This document shows, in pieces, positions 46,667 through 57,672 of a stretch of 64,000 bases of DNA. The DNA comes from a virus (lineage: Duplodnaviria; Heunggongvirae; Uroviricota; Caudoviricetes). Numbering within the stretch: the first letter of the stretch is position 1; each line of letters starts with the position of its first letter. The notes under the pieces are model-generated. The model made no database searches. It was given only the letters and a program-made list of their open reading frames with translations, and was not told the origin of the DNA. A program made the position numbers and the translations under genes. The stretch is from the IMG/VR virus record IMGVR_UViG_3300025131_000004; one strand, 5' to 3'.

Positions 46667-49600
46667 ATGGCTTTTAGAGATGGCGTACCTGGAGACAAGA
46701 CCTTTGGACAGATTGAAGTAATCGATCTGAACGCTCCTCCTGACTACAGTGTTTCCAGCGTTGAGTTTGACGACTCTGAGGTTGAGGACTTCAATGCTCC
46801 CAGTACGGCCGCTGCAACAGGACGATTAGACAGAAAGCTTGTAGATCATCCATACAATACAGGAAAAGATGGCGTAGGAGCGACTCTTGGCGAAGGTCAC
46901 TTTCGAATCAATGACCTTATCTTCTTCTGTCCTCCGACAGCAATTAGCATTGAGGGTCACGATGTAAACTATAAGTGGGACACACTTAGAACAAACACCT
47001 CCATGAAAGCCAGGTCTGGTCGTGGCACGCTTTCATTCACAGTAAACCTTGTCATAACACAAGACACTCTTCGAGGGTTCTCTCTCTCAGAGGTCATCAA
47101 TCGTAGCTTCCTCCCTCTCATTCAAGAGTTCAAAAAGACCCCTTTCTGTGAGGTTGAGAACGAGCTGCTTAGAAGATCTCTTCCTGTAGATGACGGCGAG
47201 CCTATCGGCGCTGCGCTTGTAGGGATCAATGTGACGACTATGCAGGGACTGCCAGGAACACTGAACGTTCTGCTCCGCTTCCTCTGGTTCAACTACAAAC
47301 CATTTACTCCAAACTTCAAGTACAGAACATCCTGGACAAACCAAGGGGTGGACAGAGAGAGGGCAATCTATAAGGCAAAGGGGGATCTTGGTTATAGAAC
47401 ATTGAAGGGCTCTCCGGGACGTATCTACAACTCGACAGCCGAGTACCCAACCACAAGATTCAATCGCTCCGGCGCGGCAATGTTGCATTTTCGTGAAGAT
47501 CTCATGCGTGTCAGATCCTATGAGAGAGACGATATCGATATCATCAAGGAGCCAACTCGCAGAACCATGGACTTCGGAGCGGATACGGCCTTCTCCTTTT
47601 GGGAAGTCAACGTACCCACCACACCACCTCCATCTGCATTCAGATTCATCAAGGAGTTTACGAACTACGAGTTCAGTCATCCATCGAAAGAGTCTACATA
47701 TAAGAGTGGAGGGAACTCAAAGGTCAATGCCTTGAGAGCACAGGAATCAAGAGAGGGCAATCTTCATAGGTTCAAGTCTAAAGGAAGATGGAGAAAGGCT
47801 TCCATGGGAACTTTTACTTCGTTTGAACGAATGCGTGCCGCATGTAACCAAGAGATAGGAGAGGATATCTGGGTAGCCTCCGCATGGAGGTCTCAGTCGT
47901 CACAGACTTATCTTTGGAAGAAGTCCCTGGCAGACCATGATGGCAACTGGAGGAAGGCAAGGAAGTGGGTTGCTCCACCTCGTGGTCTTGAGATGCCTGA
48001 TGGATCAATCGCTCCAGGCTCCAAGCACCAAGACGCTACCGCGCTTGATCTAAAGTGGACCAACATGTCCTTTGTTGAGAACAAGGCAGGAAGAAGAAAG
48101 TACCTGTCAAGACATAATGTCGGTCAGCTTAGAGGAGACAGGGTATATGGCTGGTTAAAGAGGAATGCTGATAGGTTCTCGTTCGTTCCATATGATGCAG
48201 AGCCTTGGCACTGGAACTACGCAGGGCCAGAAGAGGCGTCCTTGTCAGCAGAGCTGAACACAAGTGGAGAGGTGAAGGAGAAGGCGCCTCCTGCAATCTA
48301 TAAAGATATCATTGAGGTGGCCGATGGTAATAACATTCCAAGGTCTCTCGCTCTTGCTCTGGTAAGTGTAGAGTCGAATTTCAATCCAGACAAGATTGGA
48401 GACGAGGGACAGGCTGGCTTGGTACAGCTTTCCCCAAGCGCCCTCTTGTCCCTCGGACTGGGTGCACAGGAAGACGTGCTTGATCCTCGAATCAATCTGG
48501 AAGCGGCTTTCTCGTATCTGGCTGACCTCTCTGCCAGGTATGGCAACTGGACAAACGCTCTTCAGGCGTATCACGTCGGAGCAGACGAATACGACTTGAA
48601 TCCGACAAGGATACCTGACAGTGTCAATAAGAGAATCGCTGATGTGGTCGCCCGTGTAAGAAGTGATTTCAAGGACCCTGCCCTTGCAGACTCCATAGTG
48701 CGTGGGGACAGGGCTGGAGAGCTAACACCCAAGAGACCTGACAGGTTTAGAGAGACAACAACTCCCAATATCGAGAAGAAGATTTTTCTTAGAGAGAGAG
48801 CTGTCCTGTTGGCAAGGCTCACAGACGAAGCGAAGCGTGTGGGTTCTGCTCATGATATGGCAAGTGTAAAGACTTTGACAGAGGCTCACGGCTGGCTTGG
48901 TAAAGTGGTGACTGGCCTGACAGAGGAAGACAAGATCGCACTTGGTCTTTGGGCTCACGCAAACTCTGAATATGATTTCTTTTCTCTTGAAAATCTGACA
49001 CCCAATAAGAGCGGGGGGCTTGTGTTAAGCAAGTCCAGAAACCAAATCAATGCAGAGATCGAGCGAAGAATTAGCGGAATAGAGCTCTCTCTCAATCGTT
49101 CATGGATAGAGAAGAACGGATCAGAAACTGAAGGCTGGCATCTTATAGAGGATCAGATCACGAAGAAAAGAGTCTTTAAGAGAAGGAACTCTTTTTACAT
49201 TGGAGAAAGCAAGGAGAGTGTGTGTATCACATTCATGAACTTTGGATTCATGCACAAGATCGTAGCTCTTCCTGTTCTGGGATGGAGATATCCTACGCTT
49301 CAATATATGGGAAGTGTCAGTCCAAGAGTTACCATGGCAATCGCCTTCATCGGAGAAGAAGGCAGAGAGGAGTTGAAGAATCTTCTGGACATGATTCAGA
49401 AGCAGGCGGATTACGCAATCAACTTGAGAGAGCTGCATAAGACCCTTGGGATCATAGTGGATAACAGTCTGTTGAATGCTGTTGGCATAAAGCAGCTCCT
49501 TCTTGAAGACTGGAAGATCGAGACATCTCCTTCTGAGAAAGACACGGTAATGATGACTCTTGATTTTGTGGACAACAGCATAAAGAAGAGCGATGAGTTC

Positions 49601-52600
49601 TCTGTGCCTCTGATTAAAGGAGTAAGCGAGGTCGCCAACGGCTTGATTCGTCTTATCTTGAAAAGAGGAAACGTATCAGCGATAAGAAAAGATGGAAACT
49701 TCAGAGAAAGAACTCCGATTACGGAAGACGAGGTCAGGAGCACTGCGCAGGCGACAGCGGTCGCATTTGGATTGCGAGCAAAGACAGTTGATGACGGAAG
49801 AGGAGGAGTCACCACAGTTCACACAGAAGAGTCCCTTGACAAGATTCATTTTGAAGCTACCGGCTCTACGGGAGATGAAAGGATGGATGCTGTTATCGGT
49901 CCTATGCTCCAGTTGTTCAACATGTTTGGTGAAGAGATCGAGGATTACCCAGAGACATATCGCTTGGGCGACTACTTTATAGACCATCTGACAACCACAG
50001 ACTTTCAACTGAAAGGCTGGCCAACCACTCCAAAGCAAAAGAATCAGCTTATCTATCGCGGAAAGAGCGGACAGTTTGATCTTTTTACAAGAAAGATGGA
50101 GGTTTTTATTCATCACATCTTAATGCCCAACCTTCAGTTATCAAAGGACAGAGAGGTTAACAAAATTCTACAGAAGCTGAATGTCAGCGGTGTTGTGGGA
50201 GCCAAGCCTTGCTATCCTGATCTTGACCTGCCTCCAAATCCCATCACCGGACAGATTGTAGATATGAATCCAGACTTCTATTTTTATAATGCATCCGATG
50301 TCATACATGGAAATCCGACAGAGAAGAGGTCTCACTCCTCGGAGAAGTATGACACCTATAGAAAGAGAGGGCTTAAGGCTTTGAGAAACAGCTTCAACCA
50401 CTTCTTGGTTGAGCAGGCAGGGAATGCAAGTGAGACGCTGACAAGAGATCCGGAGATTCATCCAGAGAGATCTGCCGGGGGAGATGGTAAGGTTGATGGT
50501 GTGCAGGTATATGACCCACTGACTGGAAACAATGCAGGAGCGACCTCTCTTGCGCTCACAGAGATGAAGACTTCCAATCAGACGAGGTCGGGCCCAAAGC
50601 CTAACGCTCAAAACTGGGACGAGGCAGTTGATGAAGAGTTTGCAAAGAGCGGAGGATCATACTCTCTTTATGACGAGGTCCCCAAGGGCACTTTTCTTCC
50701 AGAGGGAAGGGACCTGCTTGAGCAAGACATGACCCTTGAGGGCTCTACCAGAATTTTTGAACGATACATGAAGAACGACTTTCTTGAAGAGAAGCTGACG
50801 ATGCGTAGGGCGTACCCTACATTCAAGGTGTTCTTCATCGAAGAGGATCAGCCAGGCAAGCCGTGGAAGGTCTTTGATGATTTCTATGGAATCAACTCTG
50901 TCAGCGAGATTCGTATTGTCAGGTCTCGCAAGATCGCCGCAGACCTTTGTCTTATTCAGGTTACGAATGTTGCTGGAACTCTTACGAACCGTCAGTTCCC
51001 AGAGTTTAGGGGTGCTGTTCTACATGAACTTGGCTTGTCAGACAATGGCAATCACCAATCTCTTACCTCAAAGAGGGCGAAAGAAAAGATTCATGATCAG
51101 GACAAGACAAAAGAAAACCCATTTCACTCTACCCTTCTAAAAGAAGGAACAAAGGTTCAGGTTAGACTTGGGTACTCCAACAACTTTGATGAGTTGGAAA
51201 CAGTTTTCAATGGACAGATTGTAGGGGTCGAGGGAAATGAACTTCTTACACTGATATGTCAGTCGTATGCTACAGAGCTTGTCGCCATACAGAGGGGTGA
51301 GGATCCAAAGCAGAAGTTTGGTTGGTTCAACTCTGACACAGATGAGTTGCTGAGCCTTCTTATCGCATCTCCGGAATGTAAACACTTTGGCAGATGGAAG
51401 ATCAAGGACATAGGCATAGGCCCCAGACACCTGCAGTTACATCCTGACGGTGGTGGACATAAGAGGTGGGGCTTTGTCGATACTCCCGCCGACGACAATA
51501 TCTATCCTGAGCCATTCGATGACATGGTCTTGGACTGGGACAACTTCTGGACTGAGTACGTCGTATATCACACAACCATCTGGGATGTCTTCAAGGAGAT
51601 GGAGCTACGCCATCCTGGGTGGATCGCATCACCTGTACCCTATGATGACCGCATGACCATGTTCTTTGGCCTACCCTCAATGCAGTATTTTTATAGAGAC
51701 CCAAAGTCTTTGGAAGAGAGAAAGAGGTACTCGCTATTCAAAAACAATATCCTTCAAGAGGTGATCAAGACTCTAGACTTGGGTGCGTATGGAAGTGTCC
51801 CCTCAACCTATTGGAGCGCCTCTGCTCTTGGAACAGTCAACCACTTACCATCATTGCTGAATAAAAACTTTGGCACTGTCGCGAGTGGAAGCTATTCACC
51901 GAAAGCCATCCTGCAGTTCATGGACATAGTCAATGAGAACACAGAGATGTACAGCTCTCTGATGAAGAGAGATGAATCTCAGGCCTTCGCAGAAAGGGCG
52001 TTGCTGACACAGTCAAAGGACGTTGCCGCTTTTGTACAGTTGGCAGATGATCCGGAGAAGAGAAGAGTTCTAGAAGAGGCATTGAACAGGTTGGGAGAAG
52101 GAAATATCACTGCAGCAGACGTCTTGCTTGGAGATATGATCAGGTCATTCCGGTCGTATCATATGGTGACATCAGAACATGACATCATTCATAATGATAT
52201 CAAGGCAGATCACAGAGGAACGTTTAACAGCGTTTCCGTAGACTGGTCCTCAAGCCCTTCTGGAGGAGACTCTGGAGTTGCAGGAAGACCAGATGGTGGC
52301 ACAGAGACCATTGCAATTGATGACCACATTCGTAAGGACCATCTTCGTCATACATATATTGCAGAGCCAAACTGTGAGGGTAGATTTCTTGCTGTCAGAT
52401 ATGGCATTGGACATCTGATGAGGTCTCTCAAGGACACCTATAAGGGAACCTTGACCATCATCGGGAATCCAAAGATGAAGCCTCATGACATTGTCCATCT
52501 CCTGGACAGCTACACAGACATGGCTGGGCCTTTTGAGATTGAACAGGTTGTTCACACATTATCCTCCAGCACAGGATTTATCACTGAGATAACTCCTGAT

Positions 52601-53143
52601 CTCTGTGTCAACGCACGCAGGGGAGCGATGCTTAGTGTTGCAGACGCGATGGGCCAGGTCAGTGTAAGAGCTCATCAGTCACTGGTTGAGTTGATGGGAG
52701 GAAAGCAGTCAAAGACTCCTGTGGCACATGCACATGCGGCGGGCGCAGCGGCTGCTGCGGGCGCGGCTGCGGCAGGGGCTGCGGGCGCGGCTGCTGCGGG
52801 CGCGGCTGCTGCGGGCGCCGCCGTAGCCAAGGGGGCAGGAACGATTGCAGCAGTAGCTGCTGGCTGGTTCCCTGCTGTTGTCATTGGATCTTCGCTCTTG
52901 ATCCTTGCAGCAGGCGGGTATAAATTTGCCAAGTATGCTACAACAAGAGAGCCAGTGATCATTACACCCTTGACCAGAGCAGGCAAACCATTTGTCTCTG
53001 GGTTCGATGGGTTTGAATCAGATGGGCTGTTTACGTCTATTGGCGGTCAGTGGAGACACTTCGCACACAGCTTCAAGGACGGGATAAATGTTATGGGAAT
53101 GTATTATGATGCCATAACAGCAAGCTATTGGAATGGAACATAA
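46667..53143 (+). CDS. Giant baseplate hub / tail-associated lysin: M15 (VanY-like) Zn peptidase + soluble lytic transglycosylase + gp27-like hub
   Basis: SAWRS..GSKHQDATALD..EPWHW; VSVESNFNP..GLVQL..DPRINLE..AYHVG; EGTKVQVRLGY..VFNGQI; GTLTIIGNPKMKPHD..FEIEQVVH. Confidence 0.85.
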   Translation: MAFRDGVPGDKTFGQIEVIDLNAPPDYSVSSVEFDDSEVEDFNAPSTAAATGRLDRKLVDHPYNTGKDGVGATLGEGHFRINDLIFFCPPTAISIEGHDVNYKWDTLRTNTSMKARSGRGTLSFTVNLVITQDTLRGFSLSEVINRSFLPLIQEFKKTPFCEVENELLRRSLPVDDGEPIGAALVGINVTTMQGLPGTLNVLLRFLWFNYKPFTPNFKYRTSWTNQGVDRERAIYKAKGDLGYRTLKGSPGRIYNSTAEYPTTRFNRSGAAMLHFREDLMRVRSYERDDIDIIKEPTRRTMDFGADTAFSFWEVNVPTTPPPSAFRFIKEFTNYEFSHPSKESTYKSGGNSKVNALRAQESREGNLHRFKSKGRWRKASMGTFTSFERMRAACNQEIGEDIWVASAWRSQSSQTYLWKKSLADHDGNWRKARKWVAPPRGLEMPDGSIAPGSKHQDATALDLKWTNMSFVENKAGRRKYLSRHNVGQLRGDRVYGWLKRNADRFSFVPYDAEPWHWNYAGPEEASLSAELNTSGEVKEKAPPAIYKDIIEVADGNNIPRSLALALVSVESNFNPDKIGDEGQAGLVQLSPSALLSLGLGAQEDVLDPRINLEAAFSYLADLSARYGNWTNALQAYHVGADEYDLNPTRIPDSVNKRIADVVARVRSDFKDPALADSIVRGDRAGELTPKRPDRFRETTTPNIEKKIFLRERAVLLARLTDEAKRVGSAHDMASVKTLTEAHGWLGKVVTGLTEEDKIALGLWAHANSEYDFFSLENLTPNKSGGLVLSKSRNQINAEIERRISGIELSLNRSWIEKNGSETEGWHLIEDQITKKRVFKRRNSFYIGESKESVCITFMNFGFMHKIVALPVLGWRYPTLQYMGSVSPRVTMAIAFIGEEGREELKNLLDMIQKQADYAINLRELHKTLGIIVDNSLLNAVGIKQLLLEDWKIETSPSEKDTVMMTLDFVDNSIKKSDEFSVPLIKGVSEVANGLIRLILKRGNVSAIRKDGNFRERTPITEDEVRSTAQATAVAFGLRAKTVDDGRGGVTTVHTEESLDKIHFEATGSTGDERMDAVIGPMLQLFNMFGEEIEDYPETYRLGDYFIDHLTTTDFQLKGWPTTPKQKNQLIYRGKSGQFDLFTRKMEVFIHHILMPNLQLSKDREVNKILQKLNVSGVVGAKPCYPDLDLPPNPITGQIVDMNPDFYFYNASDVIHGNPTEKRSHSSEKYDTYRKRGLKALRNSFNHFLVEQAGNASETLTRDPEIHPERSAGGDGKVDGVQVYDPLTGNNAGATSLALTEMKTSNQTRSGPKPNAQNWDEAVDEEFAKSGGSYSLYDEVPKGTFLPEGRDLLEQDMTLEGSTRIFERYMKNDFLEEKLTMRRAYPTFKVFFIEEDQPGKPWKVFDDFYGINSVSEIRIVRSRKIAADLCLIQVTNVAGTLTNRQFPEFRGAVLHELGLSDNGNHQSLTSKRAKEKIHDQDKTKENPFHSTLLKEGTKVQVRLGYSNNFDELETVFNGQIVGVEGNELLTLICQSYATELVAIQRGEDPKQKFGWFNSDTDELLSLLIASPECKHFGRWKIKDIGIGPRHLQLHPDGGGHKRWGFVDTPADDNIYPEPFDDMVLDWDNFWTEYVVYHTTIWDVFKEMELRHPGWIASPVPYDDRMTMFFGLPSMQYFYRDPKSLEERKRYSLFKNNILQEVIKTLDLGAYGSVPSTYWSASALGTVNHLPSLLNKNFGTVASGSYSPKAILQFMDIVNENTEMYSSLMKRDESQAFAERALLTQSKDVAAFVQLADDPEKRRVLEEALNRLGEGNITAADVLLGDMIRSFRSYHMVTSEHDIIHNDIKADHRGTFNSVSVDWSSSPSGGDSGVAGRPDGGTETIAIDDHIRKDHLRHTYIAEPNCEGRFLAVRYGIGHLMRSLKDTYKGTLTIIGNPKMKPHDIVHLLDSYTDMAGPFEIEQVVHTLSSSTGFITEITPDLCVNARRGAMLSVADAMGQVSVRAHQSLVELMGGKQSKTPVAHAHAAGAAAAAGAAAAGAAGAAAAGAAAAGAAVAKGAGTIAAVAAGWFPAVVIGSSLLILAAGGYKFAKYATTREPVIITPLTRAGKPFVSGFDGFESDGLFTSIGGQWRHFAHSFKDGINVMGMYYDAITASYWNGT
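52736..52822 (+). repeat. GC-rich imperfect tandem repeat (15-nt unit GCGGGCGCGGCTGCT) encoding (AGAAA)n
   Basis: Read directly from the sequence; strong local GC spike. Confidence 0.85.
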
Positions 53144-53604
53144 TGGGTAACGGAACTTTTGTAGATAGGCTCGCACGAGCGCAGAACCCCACAGGTCTGA
53201 CATCAAAGCCAACCTGGGCAGGAGGAGATGAGCTTCGTCTTCTTTATGGTCATGTGGTAGCGGTGGGTCACTTCCTCACTGACAGGGTCATCGCTGTAAA
53301 GATCAAGCAGACCGGAGCTCGAGGAACAACCTTGGTTGGCGGCAATATCGCCTATAGGAATCAAGAGGGCAAGCTTGCTCAACACCATGGCGCTTGGATA
53401 CCCTGGAAAGACAGCTACGAAGAAGCACTGATGCATCCCCCAAGAGATGGCGATGCAGTACGAGTCATCTATACGGGTGGTTCGCCTACCTCTGGTTACG
53501 CAGAGAGAGTAGGAAAGCTAGGCACTTTCAACCCAGAACACCTGGATATTCCAGAGAGGGGTTTTGCGATTGCCCTAAGCGCTAAGTCAGGAGGTGGTTT
53601 TTAA
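53143..53604 (+). CDS. Putative baseplate spike-associated protein; likely start ATG 53143
   Basis: TAATG coupling after the hub; beta-rich; the position normally held by the spike/OB-fold gene. Confidence 0.45.
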   Translation: MGNGTFVDRLARAQNPTGLTSKPTWAGGDELRLLYGHVVAVGHFLTDRVIAVKIKQTGARGTTLVGGNIAYRNQEGKLAQHHGAWIPWKDSYEEALMHPPRDGDAVRVIYTGGSPTSGYAERVGKLGTFNPEHLDIPERGFAIALSAKSGGGF

Positions 53605-53954
53605 TGGGCAAGGCATTAACTTCGCAGGATATTCCTGCCAACATTTGGAGGAAGAGTCCCAAGTCATCTGCAGCGATCAAGCTGTCAGAAACTTCTGTCG
53701 CCATGATTGGAGGGCCGGACCACGCTCTGGTAACAGATGAGCACTTCGGAAACATTATCAAAGGTCCTGTAAGTATGACGGCGACGCCGCAACAGATCAG
53801 GATTAGTGGGTTCTGGACACTGAATCCCTTTTTGACAAGCATGATCCCCTCAACTATTATTACTCCAATGCCTACGCTGATTTTCAATCCTCCATTGGGA
53901 GGGATCGAGGCTTTGAGGCAGGCTGTCAGGGACCTGACAAGCTTGATTGTTTAA
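53604..53954 (+). CDS. Small baseplate/spike-region protein
   Basis: Lies between the hub-distal gene and the gp25-like gene; TAATG coupled. Confidence 0.5.
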   Translation: MGKALTSQDIPANIWRKSPKSSAAIKLSETSVAMIGGPDHALVTDEHFGNIIKGPVSMTATPQQIRISGFWTLNPFLTSMIPSTIITPMPTLIFNPPLGGIEALRQAVRDLTSLIV

Positions 53955-54382
53955 TGCCTAGAGATTACGACAGCGCTGACATCTGGTTTACAGATGAAGG
54001 TGATTTTGATGTTGCTGGAGATGGTGACGTAAGAGACACCTCAGAAGATCCTCTTAGGTCTATCCTGCAAGAGATCAGAACAAGATTGAAGAGTAGGCTG
54101 AACGATTGGCTTACAGATCCTCAAATAGGAGCTGGGCTACATCGCTTTGTGGGAGAGCCCAACACACGAGCATTGGCAGAAGACATTGAGGAGCAGATAA
54201 AGAACTCTCTCACTATCGATGGCCTTATCGCAGTCTCTGACATTAGGATCATAACGCTTCCATTGGACATGACTACGCTTCTGTTCCGTGTTCTGATAAA
54301 TGCAGCATCTATTGCGATAGGAAGAGGGATCAGTGCTGACTTGGTCTACGACTCTCTTACGAACGGTATCGTCGTACTATAA
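53954..54382 (+). CDS. gp25/gpW-like baseplate wedge (sheath initiator) protein
   Basis: GDFDVAGDGDV..QEIRTRL..WLTDPQIGAGL..GEPNT..IEEQIKNSL..RVLI. Confidence 0.82.
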   Translation: MPRDYDSADIWFTDEGDFDVAGDGDVRDTSEDPLRSILQEIRTRLKSRLNDWLTDPQIGAGLHRFVGEPNTRALAEDIEEQIKNSLTIDGLIAVSDIRIITLPLDMTTLLFRVLINAASIAIGRGISADLVYDSLTNGIVVL

Positions 54383-54391
54383 GGAGATAAG

Positions 54392-55606
54392 ATGGCTCTG
54401 TTTGGAAAAACAAGCGATGACATTGTTAGTGAGGCTATTGCTGAGCTCCGTAATAACACATCAATTACAAGATTTACTCCAGGCGCCAAGGCTAGATCCC
54501 TTATACGTGCCATGGGCCGCATGGTCGGAGGGATGTATAGCATCTTCGACTTCAACCAGGCGATTGCATTCGTCTCCGGTGCCAGTGGAATCTATTTAGA
54601 TTTCATAGGTGAGCTTATGGGCTTGTCTAGATTGACAGGGACCCAGGCACGAGTCGACTCAGCAGAACAGAACGTGATGTTCTATACACTTGAATCAAGC
54701 TTTGGAGCGATTAACAACGGCAGCTCTATAGATATTCCTGCTGGAACATTGGTCACGACAGTCGATACTGGAAGAGTGATCCGCTACAGAGTGACAGACT
54801 CCGCAACGCTACCAGCAAGTCAGACACAGTTCTTTGTATCCGTCGAGGCAACAGACGAGGGGTCCAGCTCCAACGTGGGCTCCAACTCCCTTATCGAACA
54901 CAGCTTTACTGCCTACTCTAGCGCAGCGAACAGCCTTCTTCTTGTAACAAACACTAGCGCAATCGATACAGGGCAAGCAGCAGAGCCAGATGAGCTCTAT
55001 AGATTTAGGATCATCAATGGATCCTTTGCTCAAGAGAGCGCAAACACTCACGCAATAAGGTTGGCCGCCCTGTCCGTTCCTTCTGTTTCTGATGTCAATA
55101 TGGTTGAATATGATCGAGGGATCGGAACATCTACAATTTTTCTTAGAGGTGTCAATGGCCGTGTGACAAGCAGTATGGTGGCAGCAGTTCAGGCAGCGGT
55201 TAACGCAGTCAAGTCTCACTCAACGCATTTCTTGATAGAGGCACCTACAGAAGTTGGTGTGCAGTTTGAGATCACTATTACCTACAGACCTCTTACAAGA
55301 GAGGCGGTAAAGAATACAGTTGAGCTCGACGTCGCAAGAAACCTTAGAAACTTTATAGTGAACTTGGACATTGGAGAACCTCTCATTATCAATGAAGCCG
55401 TTGAGGTTGTCATGAAGACATCCGATGCCATTCTGGATATAGGGTTGCCAAGTGCTCCATTTGATAGCGTCTTTGTTTTCAAGGATGGAACAATTTCAAC
55501 CAACAGAGTGAGAAGAAGACTTCTGGACAACTATTCAACCCTTTCCGATGAGACATTGGTTATGGAGGATAGCGTTGCGAATGCAGTAGTCATTAGGAGA
55601 AGGTAA
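54392..55606 (+). CDS. Baseplate J-like wedge protein
   Basis: ASGIYLDFIGELMGLSR..IPAGTLV..VEATDEGSSSNV..G..EPDELYRFRI..AALSVPSVSDV. Confidence 0.9.
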   Translation: MALFGKTSDDIVSEAIAELRNNTSITRFTPGAKARSLIRAMGRMVGGMYSIFDFNQAIAFVSGASGIYLDFIGELMGLSRLTGTQARVDSAEQNVMFYTLESSFGAINNGSSIDIPAGTLVTTVDTGRVIRYRVTDSATLPASQTQFFVSVEATDEGSSSNVGSNSLIEHSFTAYSSAANSLLLVTNTSAIDTGQAAEPDELYRFRIINGSFAQESANTHAIRLAALSVPSVSDVNMVEYDRGIGTSTIFLRGVNGRVTSSMVAAVQAAVNAVKSHSTHFLIEAPTEVGVQFEITITYRPLTREAVKNTVELDVARNLRNFIVNLDIGEPLIINEAVEVVMKTSDAILDIGLPSAPFDSVFVFKDGTISTNRVRRRLLDNYSTLSDETLVMEDSVANAVVIRRR

Positions 55607-57672
55607 TGGCTGACCTGATAAGGAATCTGTTTTTCGATGCAATACTGACCTCCTCGTGTGCTTGGACATCGAACCTGCCTACGGGCATCGCAGTCAGTGT
55701 GGAAACAGAGACGGTATCAGTCAATGTCGCCGTGGCAGGCTCTACCATCGTGGCTGACTCAGCACGCATACTCATCAATGGAGTAGAGGTGACTCCGATC
55801 CTTGTGGAGAACACCACGAGCAACTGGGACATATCTTACGTAGTAGACAGAGCGGACCTTTGGTATAACATTCAGTACACAGTACAGGTGCAGGTGACCC
55901 TTGCAGATGGAGAGGTCTGTAGACATGCCTGGGCATTCACAACAGTCTCCGGGGTCACTAAAAGAGTTGTCGGATATCAGTACACGCACCTGACTCAGAT
56001 TCTTGGTAATAATTTTCCTGATTTTACAAGAATCAGGAACTCTGTTGGCAGTGTCGGACAGCAGCTCATGAACCCGATCGCTATCAGGATTGCAGATGCA
56101 AGACTGGAAAACGTACGCATTCACAACAATCACTTTCCTCAGACAGCAGACAGAAATGACATGGATCTTCTCTACAGGCATGCTCTGGGAGAGTCGTTTG
56201 TCTTCAATGAGCGCTTCTTCCATGATGGCAATTCTGAATACATCACACCGACAGTCACTGCTATCGACGGAGTCGCAGAACTAGCTATCACGGTGGAGGA
56301 AGACATTGAGACGTTTTGGAATCAAGCTCTTCCGGACAGAGTCTCCAGCGTATCAAGCTCATACCATGGAAATGGCATGCTCGTTCCGTACTCTGATATC
56401 ACCGCTTCTCCCTTCAGGGATCCAGTTAACGTCAGCGTGCCTGGGCATGTCTTTGTAGAAATCCTTGGAGGCACCACCTTCGTAGCGATCAGAGAAGGTG
56501 CGATATACTTTATCGAAGTCAAGATCACAGGTGATACGGTTGACGGAGGAAAGAGACAACAAGAGACATTGATCTTTGAGCGGGCGATGGTATTAAAGAG
56601 TCGAAGGAAGTGGAAGAGGATTACAGAGATACAGGTTCTTGGCTCAGACTTCAGTGGAGGGTCGGAGCTTGCCATATGGAACTTCCCTCCTCAGAACAGT
56701 GAGAAGATCGATCACGATATTCAGGTCGTCACCCCTGAGCGCCACACCTATCCGTCACACTGGACCTTGGCTACGAATGGCTACGGGTCAGTTCTTCAAC
56801 AGTCTGCCTTCGTGGGTTCTACTGGCATGGATGTCTTTAGAGGAGAGCCCACTGTCATCCACAAAGAGTATGAGCTGACAGACACGGCGGACACACCAGT
56901 TACGGTTGACGACTTCTGCCTTGATAGAAACAGGCGCTTCCTATACGCAGCAAACGAAAACAATTTGTATATCTTTGACAAGAGACCTGAGTATTTTGAC
57001 AACTTTGATGTTCTGACAACAAGAGACTCCGATCCTGTAATGGGAATGAAGTTTATTCCTGTGTCTTCCTCTCGACAGCTTGCAACGGGAGGGCTCTCTC
57101 TTGGTCTTAAGACTGTATTGAGATACCCCTTGCGCAAAGTGCACTCTTGGAGATGGAGTGTAATCCTTCCTGATGGGACTACTCGCTATGTGAATCCAGA
57201 CAACAATCTCGTTTTAGAGGCTGTGAACTTTGTGGAGAATGACAACAAGCACTCCTTTACTCTGCAGGAAGGAGTCAGGCATGTCACACTGACGACAAGA
57301 GGAACTCATCTCTTTAGGCTTGAAACCGTCTTGGATGACAAGAGCACTCAACTGACAATAGAGCCATTCCATGTAGATTATCTACGGGCTGCCGCAGAAT
57401 ACTCCTTGGCAAAGGTCTATCAAAGAACTCCTGTCACCCTACCCCTTGGCGACGTAGCTGAGGTTGGGGCGATCTTTGACGCAGTCCTTTCTTGGGACGC
57501 TGGAAAGGTACCCGAGATACGTATCGCATGGGACTCAGACGATAGGTTGAGGCTGTTTAGAAATGGGATGATGTATATTCTTGATCTGAGATATGACAAT
57601 GCGCTGATTGATTTTGATTCCAAAGAGATCTTCTTCAGAGAGGGCTTTTCTTCGTCTAGGGTAATCGCATAA
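55606..57672 (+). CDS. Baseplate wedge/peripheral protein
   Basis: Follows baseplate J; N-terminal tag variant MADLIRNLFFDAIL. Confidence 0.6.
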   Translation: MADLIRNLFFDAILTSSCAWTSNLPTGIAVSVETETVSVNVAVAGSTIVADSARILINGVEVTPILVENTTSNWDISYVVDRADLWYNIQYTVQVQVTLADGEVCRHAWAFTTVSGVTKRVVGYQYTHLTQILGNNFPDFTRIRNSVGSVGQQLMNPIAIRIADARLENVRIHNNHFPQTADRNDMDLLYRHALGESFVFNERFFHDGNSEYITPTVTAIDGVAELAITVEEDIETFWNQALPDRVSSVSSSYHGNGMLVPYSDITASPFRDPVNVSVPGHVFVEILGGTTFVAIREGAIYFIEVKITGDTVDGGKRQQETLIFERAMVLKSRRKWKRITEIQVLGSDFSGGSELAIWNFPPQNSEKIDHDIQVVTPERHTYPSHWTLATNGYGSVLQQSAFVGSTGMDVFRGEPTVIHKEYELTDTADTPVTVDDFCLDRNRRFLYAANENNLYIFDKRPEYFDNFDVLTTRDSDPVMGMKFIPVSSSRQLATGGLSLGLKTVLRYPLRKVHSWRWSVILPDGTTRYVNPDNNLVLEAVNFVENDNKHSFTLQEGVRHVTLTTRGTHLFRLETVLDDKSTQLTIEPFHVDYLRAAAEYSLAKVYQRTPVTLPLGDVAEVGAIFDAVLSWDAGKVPEIRIAWDSDDRLRLFRNGMMYILDLRYDNALIDFDSKEIFFREGFSSSRVIA

